A stretch of DNA of 32,000 nt from Escherichia marmotae (GTDB lineage: Bacteria > Pseudomonadota > Gammaproteobacteria > Enterobacterales > Enterobacteriaceae). Below, in pieces: positions 1 through 12,023 of this stretch. The notes under the pieces are model-generated. The model was given only the letters and a program-made list of their open reading frames with translations, ran no database searches and was not told the origin of the DNA. Both the position numbers and the translations under genes were made by a program. Location of the stretch: assembly GCF_002900365.1 (NCBI RefSeq), contig NZ_CP025979.1, forward strand, positions 4,624,236 through 4,656,235. The letters are read 5' to 3'. Position 1 is the first letter of the stretch; every line of letters begins with the position of its first letter.

Positions 1-635
1 CCATTTTTGTCATGCTGGCGATGTATTACGTGATCACGCCGTTTGGTGGCTGGATCAACGGTGGCATTCGCGCCATGTTGACGGCAGCAGGTGAAAAAGG
101 CGCGCTGATGTACGCAATGGGAATTGCCGCAGCAACGGCAATTGACCTGGGGGGGCCAATCAACAAAGCGGCAGGTTTCGTTGCCTTCAGCTTTACGACA
201 GACCACGTACTACCCGTCACCGCGCGTTCTATCGCTATTGTTATTCCGCCGATTGGTCTGGGCCTGGCGACCATTATCGACCGTCGTTTAACCGGCAAAC
301 GCCTGTTCAACGCCCAGCTTTATCCACAGGGCAAAACCGCCATGTTCCTTGCGTTTATGGGTATCAGTGAAGGTGCTATTCCGTTCGCGCTGGAAAGTCC
401 CATCACCGCCATTCCGTCCTATATGGTAGGTGCGATTGTTGGTTCCACCGCCGCTGTCTGGCTGGGTGCAGTGCAGTGGTTCCCGGAATCTGCTATCTGG
501 GCATGGCCGTTGGTTACTAACCTCGGCGTCTATATGGCGGGGATCGCGTTGGGGGCAATCATCACTGCGCTGATGGTGGTGTTCCTGCGTCTGATGATGT
601 TCCGCAAAGGCAAATTGTTAATCGATAGCCTGTAA
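1..635 (+). CDS. fryC: PTS fructose-like enzyme IIC component, C-terminal part (5' end outside window)
   Basis: The frame stays open to the left window edge. The sequence is very hydrophobic and Gly/Ala/Ile-rich with multiple TM segments, typical of EIIC. It is followed by ypdF-ypdE-fryA, as in the K-12 fry cluster (from memory). Confidence 0.85.
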   Translation, partial: IFVMLAMYYVITPFGGWINGGIRAMLTAAGEKGALMYAMGIAAATAIDLGGPINKAAGFVAFSFTTDHVLPVTARSIAIVIPPIGLGLATIIDRRLTGKRLFNAQLYPQGKTAMFLAFMGISEGAIPFALESPITAIPSYMVGAIVGSTAAVWLGAVQWFPESAIWAWPLVTNLGVYMAGIALGAIITALMVVFLRLMMFRKGKLLIDSL

Positions 636-649
636 GAAGGACAATCCTG

Positions 650-1735
650 ATGACATTACTCGCTTCGCTGCGCGACTGGCTTGCGGAACAACAGCTTGAT
701 GCGGTGCTTCTCTCTTCACGGCAGAACAAGCAGCCACATCTGGGACTCTCCACCGGATCAGGCTATGTGGTGATTAGCTGTGAGAGCGCGCACATTCTGG
801 TGGACTCACGCTATTACGCGGATGTGGAAGCCCGTGCGCAAGGCTACCAGCTACATTTACTCGATGCGGCGCAGACGCTTGCAACCATCGTCAATCAGCT
901 CATTGCCGATGAGCAACTGCAAACGCTTGGTTTTGAAGGCCAGCAGGTGAGTTGGGAAAGCGCACATCGCTGGCAGACTGAACTCAATGCAATGTTGGTC
1001 AGCGCCACGCCGGACGTACTGCGGCAAATCAAAATGCCGGAGGAGGTAGAGAAAATCCGCCTCGCCTGTGGGATTGCCGATCGCGGTGCGCAACATATCC
1101 GCCGGTTTATACAGGCGGGGATGAGCGAGCGTGAGATAGCCGCTGAACTGGAGTGGTTTATGCGCCAGCAGGGCGCGGAAAAAGCCTCTTTTGACACCAT
1201 TGTTGCCAGTGGCTGGCGTGGGGCGCTACCGCACGGCAAGGCCAGCGACAAGATTGTTGCCGCGGGCGAGTTTGTCACTCTCGATTTCGGTGCGCTGTAT
1301 CAGGGCTACTGTTCTGATATGACGCGCACCTTTCTGGTGAATGGCGAAGGGGTGAGCGCCGAATCTCACCCGCTGTTTAACGTGTATCAGATTGTCCTGC
1401 AGGCGCAACTGGCTGCAATCTCTGCGATTCGCCCCGGTGTGCGTTGTCAGCAGGTTGACGACGCCGCGCGTCGGGTGATTACCGAGGCTGGTTATGGCGA
1501 GTATTTCGGTCATAACACCGGTCACGCCATCGGTATTGAAGTGCATGAAGATCCGCGCTTTTCACCGCGGGACAGCACGATGCTCCTGCCAGGTATGTTA
1601 CTGACCGTGGAGCCGGGGATTTATTTGCCAGGGCAAGGGGGCGTGCGCATCGAAGATGTCGTGCTGGTTACCCCGCAAGGCGCAGAAGTGCTGTACGCCA
1701 TGCCGAAAACAGTGTTGCTCACGGGAGAGGCATAA
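650..1735 (+). CDS. ypdF: Xaa-Pro/Met aminopeptidase, M24 family
   Basis: 361 aa, with ATG at 650 just after the fryC stop. It carries the M24 metal-binding signature [13 protein letters not shown]. Length and context match remembered YpdF. Confidence 0.93.
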   Translation: MTLLASLRDWLAEQQLDAVLLSSRQNKQPHLGLSTGSGYVVISCESAHILVDSRYYADVEARAQGYQLHLLDAAQTLATIVNQLIADEQLQTLGFEGQQVSWESAHRWQTELNAMLVSATPDVLRQIKMPEEVEKIRLACGIADRGAQHIRRFIQAGMSEREIAAELEWFMRQQGAEKASFDTIVASGWRGALPHGKASDKIVAAGEFVTLDFGALYQGYCSDMTRTFLVNGEGVSAESHPLFNVYQIVLQAQLAAISAIRPGVRCQQVDDAARRVITEAGYGEYFGHNTGHAIGIEVHEDPRFSPRDSTMLLPGMLLTVEPGIYLPGQGGVRIEDVVLVTPQGAEVLYAMPKTVLLTGEA

Positions 1736-2772
1736 TGGATTTATCGCTATTAAAAGCGTTGAGCGAGGCAGATGCGATCGCCTCCTCGGAACAGGAAGTG
1801 CGGCAGATCCTGCTGGAGGAAGCGGATCGCCTGCAAAAAAAGGTCCGTTTTGATGGTCTGGGATCGGTGCTGATCCGCCTCAATGAATCGACAGGTCCGA
1901 AGGTGATGATCTGCGCGCATATGGACGAAGTGGGATTTATGGTACGCAGCATCTCCTGTGAGGGTGCTATCGACGTGCTGCCGGTTGGTAATGTGCGCAT
2001 GGCCGCCCGCCAGCTTCAGCCGGTGCGGATCACCACCCGTGAAGAATGCAAAATTCCAGGCCTGCTCGATGGCGAAAGGCAGGGAAATGACGTTAGCGCA
2101 ATGCGCGTGGACATTGGCGCACGTTCTTATGACGAAGTCATGCAGGCGGGAGTTCGTCCGGGCGATCGCGTCACCTTCGATACCACTTTTCAGGTTCTCC
2201 CTCACCAGCGGGTAATGGGCAAAGCCTTTGATGACCGCCTCGGTTGCTACCTGCTGGTGACTTTACTGCGCGAGCTGCACGACGCCGAACTCCCTGTGGA
2301 AGTCTGGCTGGTGGCCAGTTCCAGCGAAGAGGTTGGCTTACGCGGCGGGCAAACCGCCACCCGCGCAGTGTCGCCGGACGTCGCCATTGTGCTGGATACC
2401 GCCTGCTGGGCGAAAAACTTTGATTATGGCGCGGCTAACCATCGCCAGATTGGTAACGGCCCGATGCTGGTGTTAAGTGATAAATCGCTGATTGCGCCGC
2501 CAAAATTCATCGCGTGGATTGAAAGCGTGGCGGCAGAAATTGGTGTGCCGTTGCAGGCGGATATGCTCAGCAACGGCGGCACGGACGGTGGAGCGATTCA
2601 CTTAACCGGCACAGGCATACCCACAGTGGTGATGGGCCCTGCCACCCGCCACGGCCATTGTGCCGCGTCGATTGCCGATTGCCGCGACATTTTGCAAATG
2701 CAGCAACTTTTATCTGCACTTATTCAACGTATTACGCGTGAGACCGTTGTTCAACTGACGGATTTCAGATGA
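1735..2772 (+). CDS. ypdE: M42-family (FrvX-like) aminopeptidase
   Basis: 345 aa. A TAATG overlap links it to the ypdF stop. It has the M42 motif HMDEVGFMV and a later [10 protein letters not shown] segment. Synteny supports the call. Confidence 0.93.
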   Translation: MDLSLLKALSEADAIASSEQEVRQILLEEADRLQKKVRFDGLGSVLIRLNESTGPKVMICAHMDEVGFMVRSISCEGAIDVLPVGNVRMAARQLQPVRITTREECKIPGLLDGERQGNDVSAMRVDIGARSYDEVMQAGVRPGDRVTFDTTFQVLPHQRVMGKAFDDRLGCYLLVTLLRELHDAELPVEVWLVASSSEEVGLRGGQTATRAVSPDVAIVLDTACWAKNFDYGAANHRQIGNGPMLVLSDKSLIAPPKFIAWIESVAAEIGVPLQADMLSNGGTDGGAIHLTGTGIPTVVMGPATRHGHCAASIADCRDILQMQQLLSALIQRITRETVVQLTDFR

Positions 2773-2796
2773 TCTCCTGATTAACCCGGAGCGGTT

Positions 2797-5292
2797 ATGT
2801 TAACGATTCAATTTCTTTGCCCTTTGCCTAACGGTCTTCATGCTCGCCCGGCGTGGGAACTTAAAGAACAGTGCAGCCAGTGGCAAAGTGCAGTGACCTT
2901 CATCAACCATCGCCAGAATGCGAAGGCCGATGCAAAAAGCTCGCTGGCACTGATTGGCACCGGAACCTTATTTAATGACAGTTGCAGCCTGAACATTAGC
3001 GGCAGCGATGAAGAGCAGGCGCGGCGCGTGCTGGAAGAATATATCCAGGTGCGCTTTATCGACAGCGACAGCGTCCAGCCGACGCAGGCAGAGCTGATGG
3101 CACATCCGTTACCGCGTTCATTAAGCCGCCTGAATCCAGATTTGTTGTATGGAAATGTGCTGGCGAGCGGTATCGGCATTGGTACACTGACCTTATTACA
3201 GAGCGATAATCTCGACAGTTATCGCGCGATCCCCGCCTGTGCACAAGATTCCACCCGACTGGAACACAGCCTGGCAACGCTTGCCGAGCAACTGAACCAG
3301 CAACTGCGTGAGCGTGACGGCGAAAGCAAAACTATTCTCAGCGCCCATTTGTCACTGATTCAGGATGACGAGTTTTCAGGCAATATCCGTCGGCTGATGG
3401 CTGAACAGCATCAGGGGCTGGGCGCGGCGATCATCAGTAATATGGAACAGGTTTGCGACAAACTTTCTGCCTCTGCCAGCGATTACCTGCGTGAGCGGGT
3501 CAGCGATATCCGCGATATCAGCGAACAGTTGTTACATATCACCTGGCCGGAGCTGAAGCCACGCAATAATCTGGTGCTTGAAAAACCGACCATTCTGGTT
3601 GCTGAGGATTTAACGCCAAGCCAGTTTTTGAGCCTTGATCTAAAAAATCTCGCGGGCATGATTCTGGAGAAAACCGGGCGCACCTCGCATACCCTGATTC
3701 TGGCACGTGCTTCGATGATCCCCGTTCTTAGCGGCCTGCCGCTGGATGCGATAGCATGCTATGCCGGACAACCGGCGGTGCTTGATGCCCAGTGCGGCGT
3801 GCTGGCGATTAATCCTGATGACGCGGTGAGTGGTTATTACCAGGTGGCACAGACGCTGGCGGATAAACGTCAGCAGCAACAAGCACTTGCCGCTGCGCAA
3901 CAGGCGTACTCCCGCGATCACAAGCGTATTGATATTGCTGCGAATATTGGCACTGCTCTGGAAGCACCAGGCGCGTTTGCTAACGGCGCGGAAGGCGTCG
4001 GGCTGTTCCGTACCGAAATGCTGTATATGGATCGCGATAGTGCGCCGGACGAGCAGGAACAGTTTGAAGCCTACCAGCAGGTGTTACTGGCAGCGGGCGA
4101 AAAGCCGATTATCTTCCGTACGATGGACATCGGCGGCGATAAAAGCATTCCTTACCTCAACATTCCCCAGGAAGAGAACCCGTTCCTCGGCTATCGTGCG
4201 GTACGTATTTACCCGGAATTTGCTGGTCTGTTCCGCACTCAACTGCGGGCTATTTTGCGTGCTGCCAGTTTTGGCAACGCGCAGTTGATGATCCCAATGG
4301 TGCACAGCCTCGATCAGATCTTATGGGTAAAGAGTGAGATCCAGAAGGCAATCGTTGAGCTTAAACGCGATGGCCTGCGCCATGCAGAATCGATCCCGCT
4401 TGGGATCATGGTGGAAGTGCCGTCGGTGTGTTACATCATCGACCACTTCTGTGATGAGGTCGATTTCTTCAGTATCGGCTCCAACGATATGACCCAGTAT
4501 TTGTATGCGGTCGATCGTAATAATCCGCGCGTATCGCCGCTGTATAACCCGATTACGCCATCGTTCCTGCGCATGTTGCGGCAGATCATTACCACTGCGC
4601 ATCAGCGGGGCAAATGGGTGGGAATTTGCGGGGAGCTGGGTGGCGAAAGCCGCTATCTGCCGCTACTGCTTGGGCTGGGTCTGGATGAGTTAAGTATGAG
4701 TAGCCCACGCATTCCGGCGGTGAAAAACCAGCTTCGGCAACTGGATAGCGAGGCGTGTCAGGAACTGGCGCGTCAGGCGTGCGAGTGCCGCAGCGCGCAG
4801 GAAATTGAAGCGTTACTCACTGCGTTTACACCGCAAGAAGACGTTCGTCCGCTGCTGGCGCTGGAGAATATCTTCGTTGATCAGACTTTTAGCAATAAAG
4901 AGCAGGCTATTCAGTTCCTGTGCGGCAACCTTGGCGTTAACGGGCGTACTGAGCATCCGTTCGAGCTGGAAGAAGATGTCTGGCAGCGTGAGGAGATTGT
5001 CACCACTGGCGTTGGTTTTGGCGTGGCGATCCCGCACACCAAATCTCAGTGGATCCGCCATTCCAGTATCAGTATTGCCCGCCTGGTGAAACCTGTCGAC
5101 TGGCAGTCAGAGATGGGCGATGTCGAACTGGTGATCATGTTGACGCTGGGCGCTAGCGAAGGAATGAACCATGTGAAAGTCTTTTCGCAACTGGCGCGCA
5201 AACTGGTGAATAAAAACTTCCGCCAATCGCTGTTTGCCGCCAAAGATGCTCAAAGTATTCTGACACTGCTCGAAACAGAGCTAACTTTTTAA
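2797..5292 (+). CDS. fryA: Multiphosphoryl transfer protein (HPr-like, enzyme I and EIIA-Fru-like fusion)
   Basis: 831 aa. The N-terminus is HPr-like (NGLHARPA). The enzyme I core has GRTSHTLILARA and SIGSNDMTQY. The C-terminus is EIIA-like (GVAIPHTK). Confidence 0.95.
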   Translation: MLTIQFLCPLPNGLHARPAWELKEQCSQWQSAVTFINHRQNAKADAKSSLALIGTGTLFNDSCSLNISGSDEEQARRVLEEYIQVRFIDSDSVQPTQAELMAHPLPRSLSRLNPDLLYGNVLASGIGIGTLTLLQSDNLDSYRAIPACAQDSTRLEHSLATLAEQLNQQLRERDGESKTILSAHLSLIQDDEFSGNIRRLMAEQHQGLGAAIISNMEQVCDKLSASASDYLRERVSDIRDISEQLLHITWPELKPRNNLVLEKPTILVAEDLTPSQFLSLDLKNLAGMILEKTGRTSHTLILARASMIPVLSGLPLDAIACYAGQPAVLDAQCGVLAINPDDAVSGYYQVAQTLADKRQQQQALAAAQQAYSRDHKRIDIAANIGTALEAPGAFANGAEGVGLFRTEMLYMDRDSAPDEQEQFEAYQQVLLAAGEKPIIFRTMDIGGDKSIPYLNIPQEENPFLGYRAVRIYPEFAGLFRTQLRAILRAASFGNAQLMIPMVHSLDQILWVKSEIQKAIVELKRDGLRHAESIPLGIMVEVPSVCYIIDHFCDEVDFFSIGSNDMTQYLYAVDRNNPRVSPLYNPITPSFLRMLRQIITTAHQRGKWVGICGELGGESRYLPLLLGLGLDELSMSSPRIPAVKNQLRQLDSEACQELARQACECRSAQEIEALLTAFTPQEDVRPLLALENIFVDQTFSNKEQAIQFLCGNLGVNGRTEHPFELEEDVWQREEIVTTGVGFGVAIPHTKSQWIRHSSISIARLVKPVDWQSEMGDVELVIMLTLGASEGMNHVKVFSQLARKLVNKNFRQSLFAAKDAQSILTLLETELTF

Positions 5293-5294
5293 AT

Positions 5295-6152
5295 TTAGCC
5301 CTGAAAACGGGCGCTGTACTCTCCTGGCGTCAGACCAAACTGACGCCGGAAGACGCGACAAAAATAGTCGCTATCCGGAAAGCCGCAGCGTTGTGCTACT
5401 TCATGAATTGACAGGTGGTATTTCTGCAAAATCATCCTCGCCTTCGCCATCCGCACCCAACGCACATACTCGATAAATCGCATCGTCCCATGCAGCGCAA
5501 ACAGTTTTGACAGGTGATTTGGCGTGATATTAAAAAACTGCGCCACATTCTCGCGGGTGAGCGGCTGGGCATAATTATCCTGAACCCAGTTACAAATGCT
5601 GTGATAGAGAAAATCGCCGCGCGGCTGCGAATGACCCGGCGGCATATTTACCACGTTGCGGCAAAGATGCAGCAAACTGAGTACCAACGGTTGAATGATA
5701 TTCTGCTCCAGCGGCGAACGGCTGAGATGGGTGAGGGCGGTGAGTATTGCTTCACCTTCACCGCGTTGCAGGCTGGGAAGCTGGAGCTGGCGAACCGGAT
5801 GTAACAGTGTGGTGGTGCGGCTATCGTAAAACGACAACCCCAGCCATGTTGGTGCAAACACCAGGCTTAACAACATAACAGGTTTGTTGTTGACCGGTAA
5901 ATTAGCCGCGCGCGCCGGAATAAACAGTATTTCCCCTTCCACCATGCGTTGCTGTTTTGCTGCCAGTTGATTGCCGTATTCGCCGCGCAGCACAATATCC
6001 AGCCGGGGGAAATCAATACATAAACTGCCCACCGGCAACGAGGCGGGCTGGCTGGCAAACCAGACGCGCCCCAGTCGCTGTGGGTTAAGCACCAGGCCGC
6101 TGAACAGATCTGCGAAAAATTGTTGATTGGCGGGCAAGCCTGTTGCTTTCAT
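5295..6152 (-). CDS. ypdC: AraC-family transcriptional regulator
   Basis: 285 aa with a C-terminal double HTH of AraC type (..HLSKLF.., ..VAQRCGFPDSDYFCRVFRRQFGLTPGEY). It sits between fryA and ypdB as in K-12. Confidence 0.9.
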   Translation of the reverse strand: MKATGLPANQQFFADLFSGLVLNPQRLGRVWFASQPASLPVGSLCIDFPRLDIVLRGEYGNQLAAKQQRMVEGEILFIPARAANLPVNNKPVMLLSLVFAPTWLGLSFYDSRTTTLLHPVRQLQLPSLQRGEGEAILTALTHLSRSPLEQNIIQPLVLSLLHLCRNVVNMPPGHSQPRGDFLYHSICNWVQDNYAQPLTRENVAQFFNITPNHLSKLFALHGTMRFIEYVRWVRMAKARMILQKYHLSIHEVAQRCGFPDSDYFCRVFRRQFGLTPGEYSARFQG

Positions 6153-6165
6153 GGATATCCCCGAT

Positions 6166-6900
6166 TTATAGATGCATTAATTGTCTGAATTCTTTAACTT
6201 TGCTGCGGCTGACAGGCACTTCAAAATCCAGATCTTTCAGTCGCAGAATGTAGGTGTTATTAAACCACGGTTCGATTTCGCGGATTTTGTTCAGATTGAC
6301 ACAAAATGAGCGATGGCAGCGGAAAAAATGCGACGGCGGCAATTTGCTGCAAAACTCGGTGATGTTCATCGGCATCACGTAGGATTCACGCCGCGTATAG
6401 ACAAAGGTCATTTTTTCGTGCGCTTCGGCGTAATAGATATCATTAATTGGCGTGACGATAATTCGCTCATCTTTCACCAGATTAATGGTGTCATTCTCCC
6501 GCGTTACTGTTACCGCAGGCGTACTGCTGGTTTGCTGTTGCTGCCAGGCCGCTTCCAGTTTTTGTAGCATCCCGGTGATGCGTGATTCCTGATACGGTTT
6601 GAGAATGTAGTCAAACGCCTCCAGTTCAAACGCTTCTACCGCATGTTCTTTCCACGCGGTGATAAACACAATAAACGGTTTATGGGCGAACTGGCTGATG
6701 TTTTGCGCCAGCAGCACGCCATCCAGCGACGGAATATTGATATCCAGAAAAATGGCGTCGACGCGGTTATGTTGCAAAAACTTCAACACGTCCAGACCGT
6801 CGTCAAAGGTGCCGACAATCTCCATCTGGCTATGCTCTTTAATTAGCCAGCTCAGTTCCTGTTGCGCCAGGAATTCGTCTTCAACAATGATGACTTTCAC
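6166..6900 (-). CDS. ypdB: Two-component response regulator, receiver plus LytTR DNA-binding domain
   Basis: It has a CheY-like receiver (VIIVEDE.., ..AIFLDINIP) and a LytTR C-terminus. I prefer GTG at 6900, which has GGAG 7 nt upstream and gives 244 aa. The track's TTG at 6918 overlaps the ypdA stop. Confidence 0.9.
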   Translation of the reverse strand: MKVIIVEDEFLAQQELSWLIKEHSQMEIVGTFDDGLDVLKFLQHNRVDAIFLDINIPSLDGVLLAQNISQFAHKPFIVFITAWKEHAVEAFELEAFDYILKPYQESRITGMLQKLEAAWQQQQTSSTPAVTVTRENDTINLVKDERIIVTPINDIYYAEAHEKMTFVYTRRESYVMPMNITEFCSKLPPSHFFRCHRSFCVNLNKIREIEPWFNNTYILRLKDLDFEVPVSRSKVKEFRQLMHL

Positions 6901-6914
6901 AATATCACTCCGGC

Positions 6915-8612
6915 TCAAAGCAATAACGTAGCCTGTGAGGCGACAGGGGTGCGTTGGTTAGGAATGTAAAACGCAATTTCCGTTCCGGGTTCCAGACGGC
7001 GGATATGCAGCCCCTCGCCATACAATAACTTCACGCGATGATGCACATTCAACAGGCCTATTTTATTACCTGGCATTTCGTTCGCTTCGACTCGTTCAAT
7101 CACTTGTGGATCGATGCCGTGCCCGGTATCTCTGACCGCAATGCGGACCCGATTACCGCACTCTGCGACGCTAATAGTTACAACACCTTTTCCTTTACAG
7201 GGTTGAATGCCGTGGACAATGGCGTTCTCCACCAACGGCTGAATCAGCAGGCTGGGAATACAGCAATTCACCTCTTCATCAATATCATAGATAACCGTCA
7301 GCTTGTCACCAAAGCGGGCCTGCTCAATGGCGATATAGTCTTTGATTTGATATAGCTCTTTTTTAATATCGATTTGCTCATCGTCTTTTAATTCAATGTT
7401 ATAGCGCAGATAACGCGACAGATTAAAGATCAACTGGCGAGCGGTATCTGGATTCAGACGAATCGATGAGGAGATTGCGTTCAGTGCGTTAAACAGGAAA
7501 TGGGGATTAATTTTACTTTGCAGGGCGCGAAGCTCTGCCTTATTTGCCATTTCACGTAACTGCTCGGCACGGGAAACCTCCAGTTGGGTGGAGATAATTT
7601 GCGACAGTCCTACCGCCATCTCCTGTAATGAGGACGTAATCTGGTGCGCGTGGCAGTAGTAAATTTTCAGCGTTCCGGTCACAACGCCTTTCTCCCACAA
7701 TGGGATCACCAGCATCGAGTGGATTTCCGGTGTGCGGTGGGCTTCATCATTGTTTTTAATGATGATTTTCCCATAATTCATCGCCTGACGCGTCGTTGGG
7801 CTAATGAAGTCATCGCCATTCTGGTAGTTATGCTCGCCCACACCGACATAGGCCAGTACATGCTCGGTATTGGTAATTGCCACCGCGTCGGCGTGAATGT
7901 CGTCACGGATAATTTCACAGACTTTACGTAACGATTCGCTATTCACGTGACGAAACAGCGGCAGGGTTTTATTGGCAATATCCAGCGCCAGCTTGGCCTG
8001 CCGCGCAGCGCTGGCCTCTTTTTCGCCTTCAACGCTTTGCACCAGCAGTACAATAAAGCCGATACAGACACTGCCGAGGATCATCGGAATCCCGATTTTG
8101 GAGACGATATCCAGCCCCAGCTCGGTAGTTGGTGCCCAGACAATCACCAGAATCATGGTTAGTGTTTCGCAGAGCATACCGCCCAGAATACCGACGCGCC
8201 AACGCTGCGCTTTGGGGATTTTCAGGTTAATCCAGCCAGAAATACAGCCCGCCAGAATACTGGTGATAAAGCAGGGGATCGCCGTCACGCCTCCAATATC
8301 AATAAGATAGCGGTGAATCCCGGCTATTACGCCGGTAATGATGCCCACCCACGGGCCAAATAAAATCCCGCCTGACATTACCGCAATAATACGCACGTTA
8401 ACCAGTGAGCCTTCCACCGGCACGCCGGACCAGGTGCTGAACAGGGCGAACAACGAGAAAATGGCGGTAACGGCAAGCAACTCTTTTGGTGAGTGCGCCG
8501 ACTTGTGTAACAACTCGCGAAACAGGCGGATACGAATAAGGAAGAACAGGCAGATAAGCATTAACGCTGCCCGATCGAAGACCGCCAGCAGCATGTTGAA
8601 TATTTCGTGCAC
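6915..8612 (-). CDS. ypdA: LytS-family sensor histidine kinase
   Basis: 565 aa. It has an N-terminal multi-TM sensor, a central GAF-like region, the LytS-type kinase motif [10 protein letters not shown], and an ATPase domain (..RDTGHGI..). Confidence 0.93.
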   Translation of the reverse strand: MHEIFNMLLAVFDRAALMLICLFFLIRIRLFRELLHKSAHSPKELLAVTAIFSLFALFSTWSGVPVEGSLVNVRIIAVMSGGILFGPWVGIITGVIAGIHRYLIDIGGVTAIPCFITSILAGCISGWINLKIPKAQRWRVGILGGMLCETLTMILVIVWAPTTELGLDIVSKIGIPMILGSVCIGFIVLLVQSVEGEKEASAARQAKLALDIANKTLPLFRHVNSESLRKVCEIIRDDIHADAVAITNTEHVLAYVGVGEHNYQNGDDFISPTTRQAMNYGKIIIKNNDEAHRTPEIHSMLVIPLWEKGVVTGTLKIYYCHAHQITSSLQEMAVGLSQIISTQLEVSRAEQLREMANKAELRALQSKINPHFLFNALNAISSSIRLNPDTARQLIFNLSRYLRYNIELKDDEQIDIKKELYQIKDYIAIEQARFGDKLTVIYDIDEEVNCCIPSLLIQPLVENAIVHGIQPCKGKGVVTISVAECGNRVRIAVRDTGHGIDPQVIERVEANEMPGNKIGLLNVHHRVKLLYGEGLHIRRLEPGTEIAFYIPNQRTPVASQATLLL

Positions 8613-8988
8613 GGGTAACTCTGGATAAGGATTAAACCTCTATGATAGGTAACCTGAGGGCTGATGACCAGCAGACCATTTTTGAGGAAAAACCACAGAT
8701 TTAAAAGGGGATTGTCAGGTAAATGGTGCATTGGCAATACATATCTTGATAATGCACATCAGGTTGGTAAATTTATTGAAATTATAATGTTAATTAATGT
8801 GGTGGTGTTTTCTTGGGAAAAGGTGAGAATTTCCTGTTTTATTACTGATGTTCCTCTTTTATGGCAGCAAAAATTTTTTTGCTAAAACGCTCGACAGACA
8901 GATTTTATTCAGGCTATTTTCAAAACAACCACCTATCGTGGTAGCGTCGCTCGGACGGTCCGGGCGCTCACGTTAATCTGAGGAAATT

Positions 8989-10227
8989 ATGGCTGACACT
9001 CGCCCTGAACGTCGCTTTACGCGTATTGATCGTCTCCCGCCTTACGTTTTTAACATTACCGCTGAACTGAAAATGGCTGCGCGTCGGCGTGGCGAAGATA
9101 TTATCGATTTCAGTATGGGTAACCCTGACGGCGCAACTCCGCCGCATATTGTTGAAAAGTTATGCACTGTAGCACAGCGCCCGGATACGCACGGTTACTC
9201 CACTTCACGCGGCATTCCACGGTTACGTCGCGCCATTTCTCGCTGGTATCAGGATCGCTACGACGTTGAAATCGACCCGGAATCAGAAGCCATCGTCACC
9301 ATTGGCTCGAAAGAGGGGCTGGCGCACCTGATGCTGGCGACGCTGGATCACGGTGACACGGTGCTGGTGCCTAATCCCAGCTACCCGATTCATATCTACG
9401 GTGCGGTGATTGCCGGGGCGCAGGTACGTTCAGTACCGCTGGTGGAGGGTGTTGATTTTTTCAATGAACTGGAACGTGCTATTCGCGAGAGTTATCCGAA
9501 ACCGAAGATGATGATCCTCGGCTTCCCGTCGAACCCAACCGCGCAATGCGTGGAACTGGAGTTCTTCGAAAAGGTTGTTGCGCTGGCGAAACGCTACGAT
9601 GTGCTGGTGGTTCATGACCTGGCTTATGCCGATATCGTCTACGATGGCTGGAAAGCGCCGTCAATTATGCAGGTTCCGGGCGCACGCGACGTAGCGGTCG
9701 AGTTCTTTACGCTGTCGAAAAGTTACAACATGGCAGGCTGGCGTATCGGCTTTATGGTTGGCAACAAAACGCTGGTCAGCGCGTTGGCACGCATCAAAAG
9801 CTATCACGATTACGGCACCTTTACACCGTTGCAGGTGGCGGCTATTGCGGCGCTGGAAGGCGATCAGCAGTGTGTGCGCGACATTGCCGAACAGTATAAG
9901 CGCCGTCGCGATGTGCTGGTAAAAGGGCTGCATGAAGCGGGCTGGATGGTCGAAATACCGAAAGCCTCAATGTATGTTTGGGCAAAAATCCCGGAACCAT
10001 ATGCAGCGATGGGCTCTCTGGAATTTGCCAAAAAGCTGCTCAATGAAGCGAAGGTTTGCGTCTCGCCGGGTATCGGTTTTGGTGACTACGGTGACACCCA
10101 TGTACGCTTTGCGTTAATTGAAAACCGTGACCGCATTCGTCAGGCTGTCAGAGGTATCAAAGCAATGTTCCGCGCTGATGGCTTACTGCCAGCCAGCAGT
10201 AAACATATTCACGAAAACGGCGAATAA
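8989..10227 (+). CDS. alaC: Glutamate-pyruvate aminotransferase, PLP-dependent class I
   Basis: 412 aa with the PLP-lysine context [13 protein letters not shown]. The SD is GAGGAA, 5 nt upstream. It matches remembered AlaC (YfdZ). Confidence 0.95.
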   Translation: MADTRPERRFTRIDRLPPYVFNITAELKMAARRRGEDIIDFSMGNPDGATPPHIVEKLCTVAQRPDTHGYSTSRGIPRLRRAISRWYQDRYDVEIDPESEAIVTIGSKEGLAHLMLATLDHGDTVLVPNPSYPIHIYGAVIAGAQVRSVPLVEGVDFFNELERAIRESYPKPKMMILGFPSNPTAQCVELEFFEKVVALAKRYDVLVVHDLAYADIVYDGWKAPSIMQVPGARDVAVEFFTLSKSYNMAGWRIGFMVGNKTLVSALARIKSYHDYGTFTPLQVAAIAALEGDQQCVRDIAEQYKRRRDVLVKGLHEAGWMVEIPKASMYVWAKIPEPYAAMGSLEFAKKLLNEAKVCVSPGIGFGDYGDTHVRFALIENRDRIRQAVRGIKAMFRADGLLPASSKHIHENGE

Positions 10228-10247
10228 ATGTATTCTCAGAAAAGCAA

Positions 10248-10274
10248 ACAGGAGCCAGACGGCTCCTGTTTTTC
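10248..10274 (+). terminator. Intrinsic terminator after alaC
   Basis: A perfect 9-bp stem ACAGGAGCC / GGCTCCTGT with loop AGAC is followed by TTTT. It lies 20 nt after the alaC stop. Confidence 0.7.
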
Positions 10275-10290
10275 ATTGCACAGTTTGCTT

Positions 10291-10362
10291 TTAGATCATC
10301 AGGGCAAAAGTACCGGCCCAAACGATGACCATAAAAGAAATGCCCATAAAGAAATATTTCAC
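10291..10362 (-). CDS. ypdK: Small membrane protein (23 aa)
   Basis: A GTG-initiated 24-codon ORF that is too short for the track. It translates to VKYFFMGISFMVIVWAGTFALMI. This matches the remembered K-12 YpdK located between alaC and lpxP. Confidence 0.7.
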   Translation of the reverse strand: MKYFFMGISFMVIVWAGTFALMI

Positions 10363-10717
10363 TTTACATCTCTCCGCGTAATTACTGTTACGCCTGAATG
10401 ACTTCACTACATCTGGTACAGTGAGTTGACACCGGGCAAAACGACCTTAAAAGTCCTCAGCTTTGCCGTGGGCATCATCCCAGAATTCTGAGCTGATTTG
10501 CTCGAGACGGCGCTAATGTACGCCTAAAACTAAATTGAAACAAGTGGCATTTTCTTATTTACTTTTAGTAACTTACGAGTGTCTCATATCGACGACAGTT
10601 TAATTTCTGCCAGTAATAATTCACGATTTAGCGAAGGGAAAAGCCTTAAGAAAAAAGCCATAAAAACCATTGAGTTATTGTGGCTAATTTGAAGAGGGAA
10701 AGAGAACGGGTCGTTTG

Positions 10718-11638
10718 TTAAACGTATAACGACGCTTCACCCACCGGACGTGTTTTGAAGCGGCGGTGGATCCAGAGATATTGCTCCGGTGCACGCATAA
10801 TCTCTTTCTCAATAACCTTGTTCATATAAGCGGCAGCCTGACATTCATCAGTCGGGTAACCTTCCATTTCTGGGGTGATATACAAACGGTATCCGCTGTA
10901 ATCGGCTTTTCGAACCATTGTCACAGTCAACATGGCGGAACCTGAAAGGCGAGACAATACGTAGGTGCCATTGGTTGTTGCGACATTTTCTACCGCAAAG
11001 AACGGGGCGAAGGAGCTACCCTTACGACCATAATCCTGGTCGGGGGCAAACCATACGGCTTCACCTTTTTTCAAAGCGCCGACAATACCGCGCAGATTAT
11101 TTCTGCCGATCATCGCTTTGTTAGAGCGCATGCGACCACGAGTCTGCACCCATTCCATCAACTGGTTATTATGCGGACGATAAGTTGCCATCATTGGCTG
11201 GCAAAGTCCCATTACGCGGCCACCCAGTTCCAGCGACATAAAATGTACGCCGACGACCATTACGCCACGATTTTGCATTTGTGCGCGTTGCAGGTTATCC
11301 AGGCCTTCGACATCAAACCACTTACGCACGCGACGATCGGGCCAGAACCACGCCATTCCGGTTTCAACCAGCGCCATACCAAGCGAGCGAAAGTTTTCGG
11401 CAATGATCTTCTCGCGTTCTTCAGAAGAATGCTGCGGGAAACAAAGTTCAAGGTTTTTACGCGCGATGGATTCGCGACGTTTCAGAAATGGTCTGGCCAT
11501 CGTGCCGATACGTGTGCCAAGAAAGCACAGAACAGGATAAGGAAGTTGTACCCAAAGCCAGAGTACGCCAAGACCAAACCACGTGAGCCAGTAGCGAGGA
11601 TGGAGAAACTCGCGGGAAAATTTGCGTTGTGGAAACAT
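10718..11638 (-). CDS. lpxP: Lipid A biosynthesis palmitoleoyltransferase (cold-induced)
   Basis: 306 aa in the LpxL/LpxM/LpxP acyltransferase family, with an N-terminal TM segment and a ..MATYRPHNN.. segment. It matches remembered LpxP. Confidence 0.93.
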   Translation of the reverse strand: MFPQRKFSREFLHPRYWLTWFGLGVLWLWVQLPYPVLCFLGTRIGTMARPFLKRRESIARKNLELCFPQHSSEEREKIIAENFRSLGMALVETGMAWFWPDRRVRKWFDVEGLDNLQRAQMQNRGVMVVGVHFMSLELGGRVMGLCQPMMATYRPHNNQLMEWVQTRGRMRSNKAMIGRNNLRGIVGALKKGEAVWFAPDQDYGRKGSSFAPFFAVENVATTNGTYVLSRLSGSAMLTVTMVRKADYSGYRLYITPEMEGYPTDECQAAAYMNKVIEKEIMRAPEQYLWIHRRFKTRPVGEASLYV

Positions 11639-12023
11639 AGTTACCTTCTGTAGATACTAATTGTTGTATCGCAGAAGATTCCATGTCGACAGCGGTACAC
11701 TCAATATATTAGGCCATCATGTACGACAATGGTTCCTGTAAAGAGTGTTAAGACTAGCCAGGACAAAACCACGAGGAGCATGAATGCGGTACTTCTACTG
11801 TAACACTGGCAGATCGTTTTCAGCCACTTTTTATTAATCATGCTGAATAAATATTTTTCCACCTGACAAAGAACCGTTTGTAACACCTTGTTTTAACTCC
11901 ACCGCTGGTCGGGTAAGAGAAGAATGTTGATAAATTGTTGCATAAATTGCAAGTATATAAGAATTGTCTTACTATAAAAGTAACTGAAGTTACAGGTTTT
12001 TTAGCACGGCAGGAGGTTGAGCT

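Noticed and set aside
895-4602. Many 60-150-aa ORFs antisense to, or out of frame with, ypdF, ypdE and fryA (for example 895..1278, 1750..2205 and 3830..4288).
   Set aside because: They lie entirely inside long, well-supported genes in GC-rich DNA. They have no ribosome-binding sites and no recognisable motifs. These are typical shadow ORFs.
8664-8885. A 73-aa ORF in the ypdA-alaC intergenic region.
   Set aside because: The region is AT-rich promoter DNA with no SD and an implausible composition. K-12 has no gene here (from memory). The stretch more likely holds the divergent ypdA and alaC promoters.
11171-11886. ORFs antisense to lpxP (11171..11653) and in the lpxP-yfdY intergenic region (11457..11684 and 11701..11886).
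   Set aside because: They are shadow ORFs or AT-rich promoter sequence, with no start context or motif.
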